64,000 bases of DNA. Origin: Octopus vulgaris. Its lineage: Eukaryota. Under the pieces are notes generated by a model. That model did no database searches and was not told the DNA's origin. It saw only the letters and a list, made by a program, of their open reading frames with translations. The stretch covers positions 117,180,001-117,244,000 of the forward strand of contig OX597819.1 of NCBI GenBank assembly GCA_951406725.2. Direction: 5' to 3'. Below, one piece after another: positions 25,887 to 39,429 of this stretch; positions within the stretch are counted from its first letter, which is position 1; the number at the start of each line of letters is the position of its first letter. The position numbers were made by a program, and so were the translations under genes.

Positions 25887-26260
25887 AGGCGGCGAAAGTG
25901 GTCTAGCTGGCAGAATCGGTAGCAAACCTTGCAAAACGCCTCGCAGCACTTCGATCCTTTTGCCGTCCCGCCGAGTTCAGTTGTGTCTCTCCTCCTTTCG
26001 GTGTCGATAAAAATAACTAGCAGCTAAGCACTGGGGGCCGATGTAATCGACTGACTTACGTCTCCAAAATTGCTGGCTTTGTGCCAAACTTTGAAGCCAT
26101 TACGAACTCAGCGAGTTGGAAGAACCTCGCATAAATGCTAATGGCTTTATACGTTTTGAGTTGAAAAGCCGTCGCGGCCAACTGTGATTGTCATTCTTTC
26201 GTATTCGGTAAAATATGTACAAGCCAAGTACTGAAGTCGGTATAATCAACCCCGCCACCG
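25887..26260 (+). mobile_element. Two tandem degenerate SINE family A variants
   Basis: GCTGGCAGAATCGGTAGC head, CCTTTCGGTGTCGATAAAA body, TTGTGCCAAACTTTGAA tail; second copy from ~26109. Confidence 0.65.
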
Positions 26261-27171
26261 CTTAAGAAAAAAATTGTATTTATTCAGGTATGGCGCGTAT
26301 AGTATATATGGCAAGAGTCCAAATATAGGATAGAATATATAGCCGGCGTGTCCGCTTCCAGCGTTTTCTCAACCTGTTATCTACTTATTTCGTTTTAGTG
26401 GTAAATAGTAGTTTCTCAGTAAAAGCTCTGACCCCTATAGTCCCATTTCATTCGTGCAAAATATATGACAATATATTAGATATACGGAAGGATCATTGTT
26501 CAAATTATGGGGAACATAATCTTGTGCGCTATTTTAAAGTTAATATGAGAATTTATAGGTTATAGATAGTCTTATGTGATTTATGAAACGTGTACAGAGA
26601 AATATTATACAATATCTTTAGCACATAAACGTAAGACCTAAACTTACAAAAAGAGTCGATTCTATTCGCTTGATTCGATTTAAGCATATTTCATGTTCTT
26701 TATCGATTCTAGAAGGACGAAGGTCAAGAATAATTTGAACTCGGAAAATAAAGGGACCAACTAATATGTCTTAAAGTAGAGAAACTTATTTGTAACACTA
26801 GTAGTTATGAACATGCCAGTTTAAACATATACTGTCTCTCTCACACACACACACACACACAAATACACACACACACGCATACACACCCACTCACGCAGTT
26901 CTATACTACCTCAAACATGTTATCTTATTGCCAACATAATGGCTTCATGGATAGATATGTAGATAGGTCGGTAGGGATAGGGACATAAATCAAAGTATTT
27001 GATTTTGTTAGCGTTGGAATGTAATGGCTGTAGAAATATTATATTGTCTCGGACATGAACATGGCATTTTAGGGCTTGGGGTCTCTATGAGATTTTACAA
27101 AAAGAAAAAAATACACGTGTAGACAAATAACTGCACAAAGAAATCGATAACTTACACAAACACACATACAC

Positions 27172-27254
<83 letters not shown>

Positions 27255-27302
27255 TGCATATACATATATATATATGTGCATATATATACATATATATATA
27301 TG

Positions 27303-27382
<80 letters not shown>

Positions 27383-27825
27383 GTAAAAATACAAAAATAA
27401 CTTTTCTCATAGATATTTTTATATGAAAGCTCTACTGTAAAAATTTCATTTACGTCGTCGTTTTCAGAAGGTGACATTTGCTGAGAAAGAGAGAGACAGA
27501 GACAGAGAGAGGGGAGAGAGAAAGAGGAAGAGAGGAAAGAGAGGGGCATAATGCAGATTTTGTTTGAATTTAGAACTATGTTTTCGTATAAAGAAATGCG
27601 ATGCTGTAGAAATAGCGGCGGATTACTTCAGCCAAAAACAGATTTTGCAGTAGCAGAGAAAATATATTCGCCGTTGTCCAATTTGAAATTTAAGAAAATT
27701 GATTTCAATCTATTCTGTAGATCATATGATGGTACAACCGTGTGGGATTCCTTTTCATGTACTCATGCCACGTATGTATGTATGTATGTATGTATGCATG
27801 TATGTAAGCATTATGCATAGATATA

Positions 27826-28195
27826 ACTCGGCTCCATCGGTCAAGAATGACCACAGGTGCACCTAAGAGGTTCAGCTACGGAGTACAAGTCTGGGCGGAA
27901 AGTCGCATCACCGACAAACGCGCAACCTAGGGTTATTTTTATGGGAGAGCAGCAGTCGCCCTTGCATACCACCCTCCCCTCTCCACGCCACCGATGTTAT
28001 GCAAGAGAAAGACAAAGCCAATACAGCTTGGCACCAGTGACGTCGCAAATTCTTTCTACCGCTGAGTGAAATGGACCAACGTGAAATATAAAGTCTTGCT
28101 CAAGACAAGAGTACAACATGTAGACAGGTCTATGAATCGAACTCAGAACCTCACAATAGTAAGCTCGACGTTCTAACTACTGAGCCATGCACCTT
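27826..28195 (-). mobile_element. tRNA-headed SINE, family C
   Basis: Minus-strand head GGTGCATGGCTCAGTAGTTAGAACG...GAGTTCGATTC, then CTTGAGCAAGACTTTA and a GC-rich 3' part. Confidence 0.75.
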
Positions 28196-28222
28196 CGTAT
28201 GCATATATATATATATAATTAT

Positions 28223-28346
28223 TTTTTGCGTAATTAGATAACAAAAACCAAGGCTGTATAGACATTAGAGCATTGCTCTAATACATTCTATCTATAAATG
28301 CTCTAATATATATACAGCCTTGGTTTTTTTGTCTTTTTACGCAAAA
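28223..28346. repeat. Imperfect ~125-bp palindromic element (MITE-like or inverted pLTR remnant)
   Basis: AAAAACCAAGGCTGTATAGACATTAGAGCATT is inverted as AATGCTCTAATATATATACAGCCTTGGTTTTT. The same motif occurs at ~61750. Confidence 0.8.
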
Positions 28347-28599
28347 TATTATTTTATGCACACGCTGACATAGAAACAACGTTGAACCCTTTATTTGCAA
28401 TATTGCCGAACCTGGAACTTAACTATGGTATGTCTATAGCACTTATTCAGCATTACATGACACATTTGGATCTCAAGGACACCATTATCTCTTATATATT
28501 ATCTCTTATTTCTTCTATATATATGGTGCGCGAATGGTTTTGTATACGGTGTCGGGTTTTACAATACTGTAAATAATAACAATGGCATTTACATAAGGT

Positions 28600-29450
28600 A
28601 TCAATAACGATTACCTGGCTTTTTTCCAACCCTAAATCCTAGCTTAAGCTTGTCTAGGGTCCTTCTAAAACGATATGCCAGTTCGCCTCTAAGGGTGGTG
28701 TCAATGGATATGACACCCTCGTATTTGTGGTTATTCTATCATGAGTTGGCATTGCTTATTTTCTTCTTATTGCGTTGAATTGTACCGCTTTCGAAGGTCC
28801 CTAGACAGTCTTAAGTTAAGAATTAAGGTTGTGGAAAGGCTAGTAAACCCTATCAAATCCATAATGGGTAGAACCTACCCTTTTAGTAGAACCCCCTGTA
28901 CTGATAGGAACTGTATTGTATGTAGATTTAACCCGTAAACAAACTGTAAAGCTAGCAATGTAGTTTATAGTATAAGATGTACAGAGGAACGGTGCAGAAA
29001 CAAGACAACGAAAGACATAGGGGAGACAGCGCGGAGCATAGGAGATCGGACAAATGGTCATTGGAGAGAACTTAAGGAAGAGAAGTACTGATCGCTTCCA
29101 TAACGGCATACCTGAGCGGGAACAGGAGGAGCTCACTCAACGACATAGAAACTAAAATAGTGTCTACACATAGAACGCTTAGACAAATTACGGAATGTAC
29201 ACACATATTTCAAGATAGACATAGCCTAAATAGAAAACTAGAACGGAACACTAGCACCCCGCCCACACACACACACCACAATCTATGACAGAATAAGATA
29301 CTCATAAGCTAAAAATAATATGAAACTAATATAATACACAGATAAATAAATGAATATATACTTATATATACAAATATAAAGAAGAAAGCAAAGGACCACT
29401 GATGAGATCAAAGAAGTGTCACGAAAGAACTTTCGCCGAAATATAAAGCT
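28600..29450 (+). mobile_element. Penelope-like element 3' fragment (GIY-YIG endonuclease) with a 5' inverted segment
   Basis: Plus 28783-29250: LRIKVVE..PIKSIMGRTYPF..PCTDRNCIVC..CKASNVVYSIRC..C..DIGETARSIGDR..H..RQITECTHI..LNRKLE. Minus 28600-28780 encodes the upstream and overlapping part (TTLRGELAYRFRRTLDKLKL). A CTGATGA...GAAA remnant lies at 29399-29430. Confidence 0.8.
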
Positions 29451-30058
29451 GAAGGAAGTGAACACCGAACATATAGTGCGCGTGTTCACATTTTCATTTT
29501 TAACAGTTCTGGTTTTCATTTTTAACAGTGGTTTTTGAAGTAAAATTACTAAAATTAGAGTGGGGAAAGACGATGACAGAAATATTAAGGGCCCATCATG
29601 TTTTAAGGGTCTGCGTACATAGTCCGTAAGAAACATCGAAAATATGGAAAAATATTGTTGGTATGTGAACCTCCGCTTAGATAAGACTCCAAAATTAAAA
29701 CAAAGTCTCTGATTAAATATCATAAACATACAATTGTTCACTCTCGCATATCTTTTTCCGTTTCTCACTTCATAATTCCGATTTTATATTTGCAACTCAT
29801 TAAAACCACTTGGATAGCCTCTCGCACTGGATTGCTAAACATTAATATTCTCACACCTTCAGAAACTAAGTGAATTAATTATTTAATGTTCATCTTTTTT
29901 ACTAACATACAGAAGTTTAACATATCTGCATGAATATTAAAGGAAAAACTAAACATCAATATTTACAAGAATCCTCCACGAACTTCCAATTGGACTTTGT
30001 GGTATCTACGATGTTTAACTGCGTCTCTCTGTCTTTCACTCCCCTTCTGCACATATAC

Positions 30059-30174
<116 letters not shown>

Positions 30175-30179
30175 CATTT

Positions 30180-30380
30180 TACTAGTTTCAGATATTTTGA
30201 GTGCGACCATGTTTGATCACCACCCTAAAAGTCTTTCGGTTGAGCAATCGACCCCAGCACCTAATTTTTACTGCCTAGTACTTATTCCATCGGACGCTTT
30301 TGCCGAACCATTAAGTTACAGGGGAAGAAACACATTCGCACCGGTTTCAAGCAATGATGTGGGGACAAACACAAGCAAAA
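30180..30380 (-). mobile_element. SINE family B 3' fragment
   Basis: GCCTAGTACTTATTCCATCGG...GCCGAACCATTAAGTTAC...GGGGACAAACAC. Confidence 0.7.
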
Positions 30381-30897
30381 TGTTTCCCCACATTAATGCA
30401 TGTCTCTTGACACCGTCCAATTACTACATTCGTAATGCATTTTCTCTATTCATCTTTCGATATCAACTTCTTAAAAAAAAATTTTTCTCAATTCAACTTC
30501 AATATACATGGTCAAGAAGGCGGTTATTAAATCATTTTCCATTCTATTTAATATGAGCTGGCTGAGAAAATTCTTGTCACACGCCTCCTAGTTAACTCTT
30601 TACACATGAAATGTCATAAAAGAATTATAGAACAACCACATTTATCAAAAACATACATTTTTCTCATATTTATTACATAATAATTAAAGAGAGGCAACTT
30701 CCTGTGTGTGAGTGTGTGTATGTATGTATGTGTGCTTCTGTGTGTGTGTATGTGTGTGTTTGCGTCAGCATGTTTGTATGTGTGTGTTTGTGCTAAACAT
30801 TCAACATTCGTAGAGGCCATTCAAAAGTTCAGGAATTTTTTTACAAGTAGCTTTTTCAGCAAAGCCTGAAATTCTGAAATGTATATATATATATATA

Positions 30898-31003
<106 letters not shown>

Positions 31004-31020
31004 CATCCATGTATACATAA

Positions 31021-31170
31021 GTAGGCGTGGCTGTATATGGTGAGAAGTTTTGCGTCTGAAACACATGGTTCTAGATACAGCCTCACTGCGTCGCACATTG
31101 GTTAAGTGATTTCTCCTATAACTGCTCCGAGTGGATTTGGTAGACGAAAATTGAACGTCACCCGTATAAT
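31021..31170 (+). mobile_element. SINE family B 5' fragment
   Basis: GGCGTGGCTGTATATGGTGAGAAG...GTGGATTTGGTAGACGAAAATTGAA. Confidence 0.75.
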
Positions 31171-31173
31171 GTA

Positions 31174-31232
<59 letters not shown>

Positions 31233-31917
31233 ATTTTCGCAACGTGTAATCTCGCATTTTCATTCACTTAACCAATTCTCCGCATTTTAAATACTTCAAT
31301 TGCTGTTGTGTGTTTTATGCTGCGACTTGAGACTCATTTTCTTTCAAATTTTTCAAATTCTTCCTCTTTCATCCCATTTATTGTTTCCTTATCTTCGAGT
31401 GTATTTTCACCGAGTTACTGTCATTTCCCTCCCCGATGGTGTTTTCTTTTGTTCAATTGTTGTATGTGGTTTTCAGAATAGATTTTCGTGATTTATATTA
31501 TAGCGTAATTCATATTACTGCATTTGAAATAAATTTGATAATCATGTTACTCATTGCGTGACTTATATACCTATATTTCCTATTACTATTTTAGAAATAA
31601 AATTTTAAGTCATGTTCATATTCCGTGACTTATAATATAACTATATTTCCTATCACTGCATTTGAAATATAGTTGAAAAACATGTTTACTATATCAAAAT
31701 GGTAAAAGACGGATATACTTAAAACACAGTTAAAATATTAGGCTTTATTGTGCATCATTTCCTCCAGGTCATGTATAGTTGCCCACTTCTTATTTCCTAT
31801 AACGCCAGCTCTTTTTCTCGTCATTTACTGATAGATAATCATATTCCCTTCTCTTGATGTTTCTTTCATTTCACTCATGATTTCTTCAACTATGTGTCAC
31901 GTTCCTGATCAAAGCAT

Positions 31918-32100
31918 CGTGCTGGCAGAATCGTTAGTGCCTCAGGAAAAACGCTTAGAAATATTTCTCCATTATTTTATGTTCTAAGCTCAAATCCAAT
32001 CGAGGTTAACGCCAATTAGCAGTAAAGTAATCGGACTAATGTAATCTTGCAGTCCATTCCTTCAAAAGAGCTGGTCTTTTGCCTTAATGAAAAAATAATT
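31918..32100 (+). mobile_element. Degenerate SINE family A variant
   Basis: GCTGGCAGAATCGTTAG head; degenerate body. Confidence 0.6.
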
Positions 32101-32269
32101 ATTGCGGGTATGTTTTGATATCACGCCAACGTCCAAACAGAAAGTGGGTTTGCCTATGTGAGATTCTTTTATATCACACACATACACACACACACATGCT
32201 TGCAAGTCGAGTCAGAATCATTTCAACTATGCTACAACCGATTTACACCTCGATGTTATTTTCAGTCAA

Positions 32270-32838
32270 AATTCGAAACCGGAAGAAATACCGCTAAGCA
32301 CGTTATCCAGCGTGCGAATCATTCATCCAGTTTGTCATCTTATATTGAGTTATCATCCCTTCTACTACAGGTACAAGATATAGATTTTTTTGTGCGCGGG
32401 GGTAGTTGATTAAATCGACCCCGTTACCTATTCCAATTAGTACCTATTCCATCCAGCCCGAAATGATGAAGGGCGAATTCGACCTCAGCGGGATTAGAAC
32501 TCACAACGTACAGACGGCTGAAATCCCGCTAAGCATCCAACCCGGCATGCCGACGACTTTGACAGCGTGCTACCTTCGTATTGAGTTACAGAATAAAATA
32601 TTACCAATTTCTTTACTACCCACAAGGGGCTAAACACAGAGAGGACAAACAAGGCCAGACAAATGGATTAAGTCGATTATATCGACCCTAGTGCGTAACT
32701 GGTACTTATTTAATCGACTCCGAAAAGATGAAAGGCAAAGCCAACCTCGGCGGAATTTGAACTCAGAACGTAGCGGCAGACGAAATACTGCTAAGCATTT
32801 CGCCCGGCGTGCTAACGATTCTGCTAGCTCGCCGCCTT
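32270..32838 (-). mobile_element. Three tandem family A SINEs; the youngest is 32607-32838
   Basis: The youngest copy has TSD TAAAATATTACCA. The middle copy is flanked by TATTGAGTTA. Confidence 0.85.
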
Positions 32839-34336
32839 AAAATATTACCATTAAAGAATAAAATAACCATTAAACAAAAGATTTGCCTAGTAAGTTTTGT
32901 AGGATGCATATTTATTATATTTTTACACATAGACTCACCCGCATTTCATAAAAGTATTAAACGTATATATGTCCTCCCATGTACATATATATCTGCTTGC
33001 GTGTGGATATGTGCATATATGTGTCTGTAATTATGATGTTGTAAATTTTAGTTCGATCCCTTTATTTGATCACTTAAGCAAATGATTTTTCGCTTATTTT
33101 TAGATGAATCTGTACCATGTAACTAAAACTGGGTGAATTTACATTATGATAAAGCACGTAGAATAAACTATGTCTGTAATGCAAAACGCAGGCCTTATCT
33201 CACGTTGAGCCACAATTATTCTATGTGATTTTAAAGTTAAAGTCGTCCCTTTGAATAGTCACTTATTTACATAAGAAATCAATGTGCGGACCAGTCGATA
33301 GAAAGAGTGAACTTAACCACCTTTGAAACTGAATGAAATTCCAATCATTTGACTTAATTTTATAAAAGAATATTTCTCCAAATGAAATACTATAGAATGA
33401 ATGATTTTTTAGTTAATTTTCAGCTTCAGCAATTATGTTTTTCATCAAAATAATAAATCCATGTATTAGCATTAAATGTGTAAATGTATTACTGACATGA
33501 GTAGCAGCCGTGGTTATCAGCGCTGGCCTCTTCTCCTCCCCTTCTCGAATTCTTCTTCGTCTTCTTAATCTTGTCCTCCATCTTCTCCATCACCATGGTC
33601 ATCGACATCGCTCTTGTCTCTCCCTCCTCTCCCTCCTTCTCCTTCTCCTCATCTCTTTATTAGGCTCATCATCATCACCTTTATTGCCAACAATCTTCTC
33701 TGACTCTCGATCGTCGTCGCCATCGTCATATTTTGCTTTACTGGCAATAGATGTAAATTTCCAATTCTTTGTGTTGCTCATTAGCGTGAATTTAATGCAC
33801 ACTTATTCAAGAATGCACACCCTCTAGAGCGAAAGGAGGGTGCTGTCGTGATCATCTATTTTCATTTGAGAAAACATTTGAATTCACATAGAATTCTTTC
33901 ATCAATTTCGTCTTCGATCAAGCGGATGTTACAGGAAAGCTGAAGTAAGAAAACGGAAGTTACAGATATTAGAATGATAGTAAACATTGATTGGAAATTT
34001 AGTTTTCCATTGAAATAGTTGTATCAACAACAACATTTGGAAAACATCATCTCATCTCCCATAACAAAAGACTTTGTAACAAGTAGAGCGGAAAGCAAAT
34101 GAACATCTGCAACAAAGGTAAGAGCCACGAAAACATGATGGCCGACTCTAGGCGGCCAGACATATGATCTGCTAGTACTAGCAAGTGAGTCTCCCTCAAT
34201 TTTTTTTTTCTAAAAGAGAATGATCTCATATGTTAATTTAGTCAATGGTATACAGTTATCAGAAAAACTGCTAGAAAGACATTGGTAGCGATCTACTTGC
34301 TCAAGATCGGCCTATATATGTATATGTATATATGTA

Positions 34337-34418
<82 letters not shown>

Positions 34419-34484
34419 TGTGTGTGTGTGTGTGTGTGCATGTGAGTGTGCATGTGTGTGTGCATATGTATGTATATAACGTGG

Positions 34485-34715
34485 CACTCCGTCGGATATC
34501 ACGACGTGGGTTCCAGTTGATCCGATCAACGGAACAGCCTACTCTTGCAATTAACGTGCAAGTGGCTGAGCACTCCAGAGATTCGTGTACCCTTAACTTT
34601 GTTCTCGGGGAGATTCAGCGTGACACAGAGTGTGACGAGGCTGGACCTTTGAGGTACAGGCAGAACTTAAGCAAGGAGAAACAGTGAAAGAAAGTTGTGA
34701 TGCACGAATACAGTA
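34485..34715 (-). mobile_element. SINE family D 3' part
   Basis: Shares ACAGAGTGTGAC.AGGCTGG..CTTTGA..TACAG with 14310-14400. Confidence 0.65.
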
Positions 34716-35010
34716 GTAATACTTAACATATTACATGATCAAAATTTATGAACGGGTGCAGAATTCTGGAATAACTTTTGTCAATGTTCTCAACATAACT
34801 AAATAAATAATCACGTCTTTAGTAAAGGGATTAATACAAACGCTATACGTAACTGTGCTGAGTAATGTCCGTTCTCTAAAATACAGTTATAGCAGCAGGA
34901 GGAGTAAAAGCTGTGAATAGACAACATCAGCCATCATTGAAGTTAACAACAAGAGTAACGTTACAAGTAACAAGTAAGTCATCTTGTTGATAATAATGAC
35001 AGTGATATAT

Positions 35011-35234
35011 GTTTCTTTATTACCCACAAGGGGCTAAACATAGAGGGGACAAACAAGGACAGACAAACGGAATAATCGATTACATCGACCCCAGTGTGTG
35101 ACTGGTACTTAATTTATCGACCCCGAAAGGATGAAAGGCAAAGTCGACCTCGGCGGAATTTGAACTCAGAACGTAACGGCAGACGAAATACGGCTACGCA
35201 TTTCGCTTCGGCGTGCTAACGGTTCTGCCAGCTC
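35011..35234 (-). mobile_element. tRNA-derived SINE, family A
   Basis: Near-identical to 8027-8256. Confidence 0.92.
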
Positions 35235-36208
35235 AAATTACACAAACGCTATGTCGGTGCTCATAAAATTGATGTATGATCAAGCGTATTTAATACTAAG
35301 ACCATTCTTTTTCATGCAACCTTGTATCTTAGTTTGTATGACGGTGTGATTTGGAGAAATTTTGATTTTTATTTCTAGAAGTCAGAAGTCAGAGCTTACG
35401 CTAACATGATTCCTTACTTTTGGGGGAACGTGTAACCGATATAGAATTCATTAGAGCACCTCTGAACATCCTTGTATTAATTATTTAGAACATTTTAAAA
35501 TAGTTTAAATCTAAATCAAAGATTAAATTACTATGTATTGCAATTCACCAAAGCACCTCAAATTTATTCAGGTAATATAATTACTTAATGTCATATTAAT
35601 ATTCACATTTATACTAAGAATCTAACTTTCAATTTCAGAAAAACAGCCTTAGCATTGATATAATGACTATATGTCTTGACTAAAGAGAAAAAAATTCCTG
35701 ATATCAGGGTTTTAAATTAAAGTTTAAAATCCCTTTATATTTGCACTAAAATTTTAAGTTTTAATTATTAGTAAAATGATTAACAACTTCCATATTATTG
35801 TTTTGATTTTGAAATTAGTTAATGTGAAAGGGAACCGAAATCGCAGATGGCGCTTAGATTGATTGCTACATGTAATGACATAAATGGAAATTATTCATAT
35901 ACGAAATGTTTAAGACTAGATATTTTAGGTACTAGCTTACAGTTATCCATGAAGCAATTTGCTATATTCATATCTTGTTCTATCATATTTCCACACTATA
36001 ATTTATAATCGGAAATCCATTACCTGTTTCTGCACTGAATTATATCAAAATAATAGGATCGGATAGGAGAGACAAAATAATGTGCCGTATATAGTGACAA
36101 CATTTCTGTTTTTTCCTCCATATTCTTTCTTTTTCTGTGCTATAAGGGCTGATATAAGGTAGCACTTACAAGCTACAATATTCAATAAAATGGGAATATA
36201 CTTCCCAA

Positions 36209-36248
<40 letters not shown>

Positions 36249-36809
36249 CTGCGACCTTTCACCGTTATTCGAAAATATGTTTATTCCCTACACATATTCA
36301 GGTAACTAAGACTGAAGTTCCTGAAACTAAACTAAATGGTTTTTCGATTTCTAATCCGATCCAATTTATATATTTTAGCCCCGGATACCACTATCCAAAA
36401 TGTATTTTGTCACACAATATAATTGCTAATTCTTAGAAATACATGACCATCCGATTACGTAAGGGATGAAGTATATTCGTGCATTAAATATTGGTTTAAG
36501 CCCACTCATTTCGGAATCATTTGCATTGGTGCCATTCGTCATTATAATACAATGCAAGAAAATGCCATAAATATTTAATTGTAACACATTCACAATGTGA
36601 GGCAGCAAAATCAATGAAAGTTCCAGCACAATTTTCGTATAATATAGTGGAAACTTACAAGTTAGGAAATGCTTTGTCAATCACCGATCTTTCGTCTTAC
36701 TGCAGTATCCTGTTTAGAAGTTTCTGTAAATGAACTTGAAATTACTATGTAGCGCAAACCTTACAAAATATCTAATAGGAGAGGAGGTGCACATTAATGT
36801 AATTAATGG

Positions 36810-37025
36810 TGGACGCTGCGAACTGGCAGAATGGTTAGCACGCCGGGCAAAATGCTTCGCATCTTTTCATCCGGCTTCCCTTTCTGAGTTCCAATTCCGC
36901 AGAGGTAAACATTGTCTTTCATCATCTTGGTTTCAATAAAATAACTACTAGATGAGCACTATGGTCGAAGTTATCGGTTTACCCGAACTCCCGAAATATC
37001 TGGCCTTATACCAAAGTTTGAAGTT
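36810..37025 (+). mobile_element. SINE family A variant (degenerate)
   Basis: AACTGGCAGAATGGTTAGCACGCCGGGC head; tail GGCCTTATACCAAAGTTTGAA. Confidence 0.75.
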
Positions 37026-38479
37026 TGTATATGTAATATTGAGTTACGGGAATCAGTACATTAATCAGTGCTTAGTATTACTGAAATATTCTCTTTTGAA
37101 AGTGGTGCAAAATGCAAGATAAAATTTGGTTTATAGACTCTTCTGGGGCAGCCCCTTAGTGAAATAGATTGCAGACAACTATTAAGACAGTTTAGAATAT
37201 TGTGTATTATTTATAAAAGTTATCAAAAGTCATATATTAAGGAGTAATTATTAAGAGAAGACACCAATTTACTTTTCTGACGTTCTCACTTGCAGGAATA
37301 GTTGAAATATTATTTCTTGACTAATATGTGTTGGGTATCACATATTCCCAATTGTATTTCTGCAGTCTATTATATTAAAAAAGAAAACTAGACTTAAAAT
37401 TGAGCAGACAAACGAAAGTTTAACCCACAATACATACACCTTATTTCAACAAGTTTGATGCATAGCTGAATATAGTTTTAACGTAGCAATATTTATATGT
37501 CCCAACGAATTAACAATGCTGTTTTACCTTATCTGTGCATTTAAGATATAGTGTAATAGCTTTTGCAGTCATCGTAACAAATTTGATGCGATATGCTAAG
37601 TGTAAATTATGTAATAGTAGCGAGTAAGTATGATATCCAAAGTCAAATTTAGAATAATGTCCTCGTTAAAATTTCGGTATAATGGATTAGCATACAGTTA
37701 CTAGAAATCGTATTATCAATTATATCCTTCATCTCCTTCTTATATGGTCGTAGAGTTGGAATGAAATAGATGAAAATAAAAGGAAAACAACCGTATGTCG
37801 AGTAGTAAATTTATTGGAGGCAGGCACGTAGTTTGGTGATTTACATTACGGGCATGGGATCCAGTTGCACGGAATAAATAATATACAGAAGTAAATGGAA
37901 TGGATTTTTCTATTTTAGATATTTCTGTAATGGAAATCTTTATCCCATGTAATGCGATTATTATTTTACGTGTAATTCGATTACGTACAACGACAGATCA
38001 TCTATTCTGGTGCGGAGTAAATGATTTAGAAAGAAAGTGAAATTACTGGAAAATAGTATAAGTTCCGTAAAATTTGCTATGATTCTCCTAAAATATATGT
38101 TGGCATTGAACCATAGTCTCCAAATCTGTTATCCGTTTGTGTGATTTTCATAGGAGCAAAGGTATTTTAAAATCCCGAATAATGCGTTGTTATTTAAGAA
38201 TATTTAGTTAGTTTTCAATTAATACGTATTACTGAGCTGTTATGAAAATCAACGCAGGAGGGAAACATTTCCTAAATTATTTAGTATTACAAATATAATG
38301 TAATTATTTTTACACACATTCTTAATCCCACCTAAGAAGTCTGGTCAAGAAATACAAAATTTGTTTTAATTAAAATTTATCACAAAAGTTGAATTCAGCT
38401 GCACTGGAAGCTTTTGTGATTCTGGTTATTAATATTTGGCAACTAATGATATTCTGGACTTATTAAAGCATTGCCATAG

Positions 38480-39340
38480 GTGAATTCACAAACTGTACAC
38501 GACTGTTTAACTTAGTGCTTGAAACATGATATAATGTAACCTATATAGTATAGTAAGTTAGTGTGCTACTTGGAATTAATATACGATACTATGAATATTC
38601 CTGCCTAGTTAGTCTAACTTCATAAATGGTTTCAATGATTAATCTATTTATCCCTTTCTATAGCTTCCACACTCCTGATCATATTATTATTTTTATAAAG
38701 ACGTTTATGTAAGTAGCCTTCCTAATTAAGTACCCTTAAGAAACTATATAATCATGTATGTATTAATACTGGACAATTTTAAAACTTATGGTATACCTCT
38801 CGGTTTATAATTAATATATAGTTAGCATGTTCTATAGCCTCAATATTCCTTTAGTATATACCAGGTATCAGTCTTTATGGATACCAACTAATAAATAATT
38901 AATTTTGGTTTAAATGATTGAATTAGTAAACAAATTCTATATACTCTTCTCTTCTCTTTTGATGATAATAAGATATATATATTTCATCATGGTTTTTATT
39001 GAATAAATGATTTATTCCTTTCTATGGGGTTATATCCTACTGATCATACCATTATTTTATAATAGCCTTTGTGTAAATAAACCTAATTTTTGTACCCGTA
39101 GAAATTTATATTAGCTTATATATAACAGCACCGGCAACTTCGCAAATTATAACCTACGTCTCAGATTTTACTTATTATAGAGTTAACATGTTCTATCGTC
39201 CCAGTAGTCCTTCATTAAATACCAGTAAATATCAGTGATCAATCTTCATAGATACTACCTCATAAGTAAATATTTAAGTATATGAATAAATATTAAACTA
39301 ATTCTATGTAATTTTTTCTTTCCCTCTATTGTAAATGTTG
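38480..39340. mobile_element. Scrambled Penelope-like remnants, including two diverged tandem blocks (~38635-38900 and ~39005-39300)
   Basis: The blocks share e.g. GTTA(G/A)CATGTTCTAT and TT(T/C)ATGGATAC/ATAGATAC. Minus 38520-38600 reads IVY..QV...YYIG. Motifs are weak. Confidence 0.4.
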
Positions 39341-39429
39341 GTATATACACAAAATTATTCAAATCTTTTCTTTTTTGGTTATATATACAAAGTTATATAT
39401 ATATATATAATGTTATATACATATATATA

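Noticed and set aside
28626-28640. AACCCTAA as an interstitial telomere repeat
   Set aside because: It is a single unit lying within inverted PLE coding sequence.
29392-29440. CTGATGA...GAAAG as a functional HHR
   Set aside because: The position after a PLE ORF fits, but stems I and II do not pair convincingly. Kept only as a remnant.
33850-34200. Possible host exon (AAGGTAAGA and AAGTGAGT donor-like sites)
   Set aside because: No recognisable protein similarity or consistent acceptor and frame; it cannot be supported without RNA-seq.
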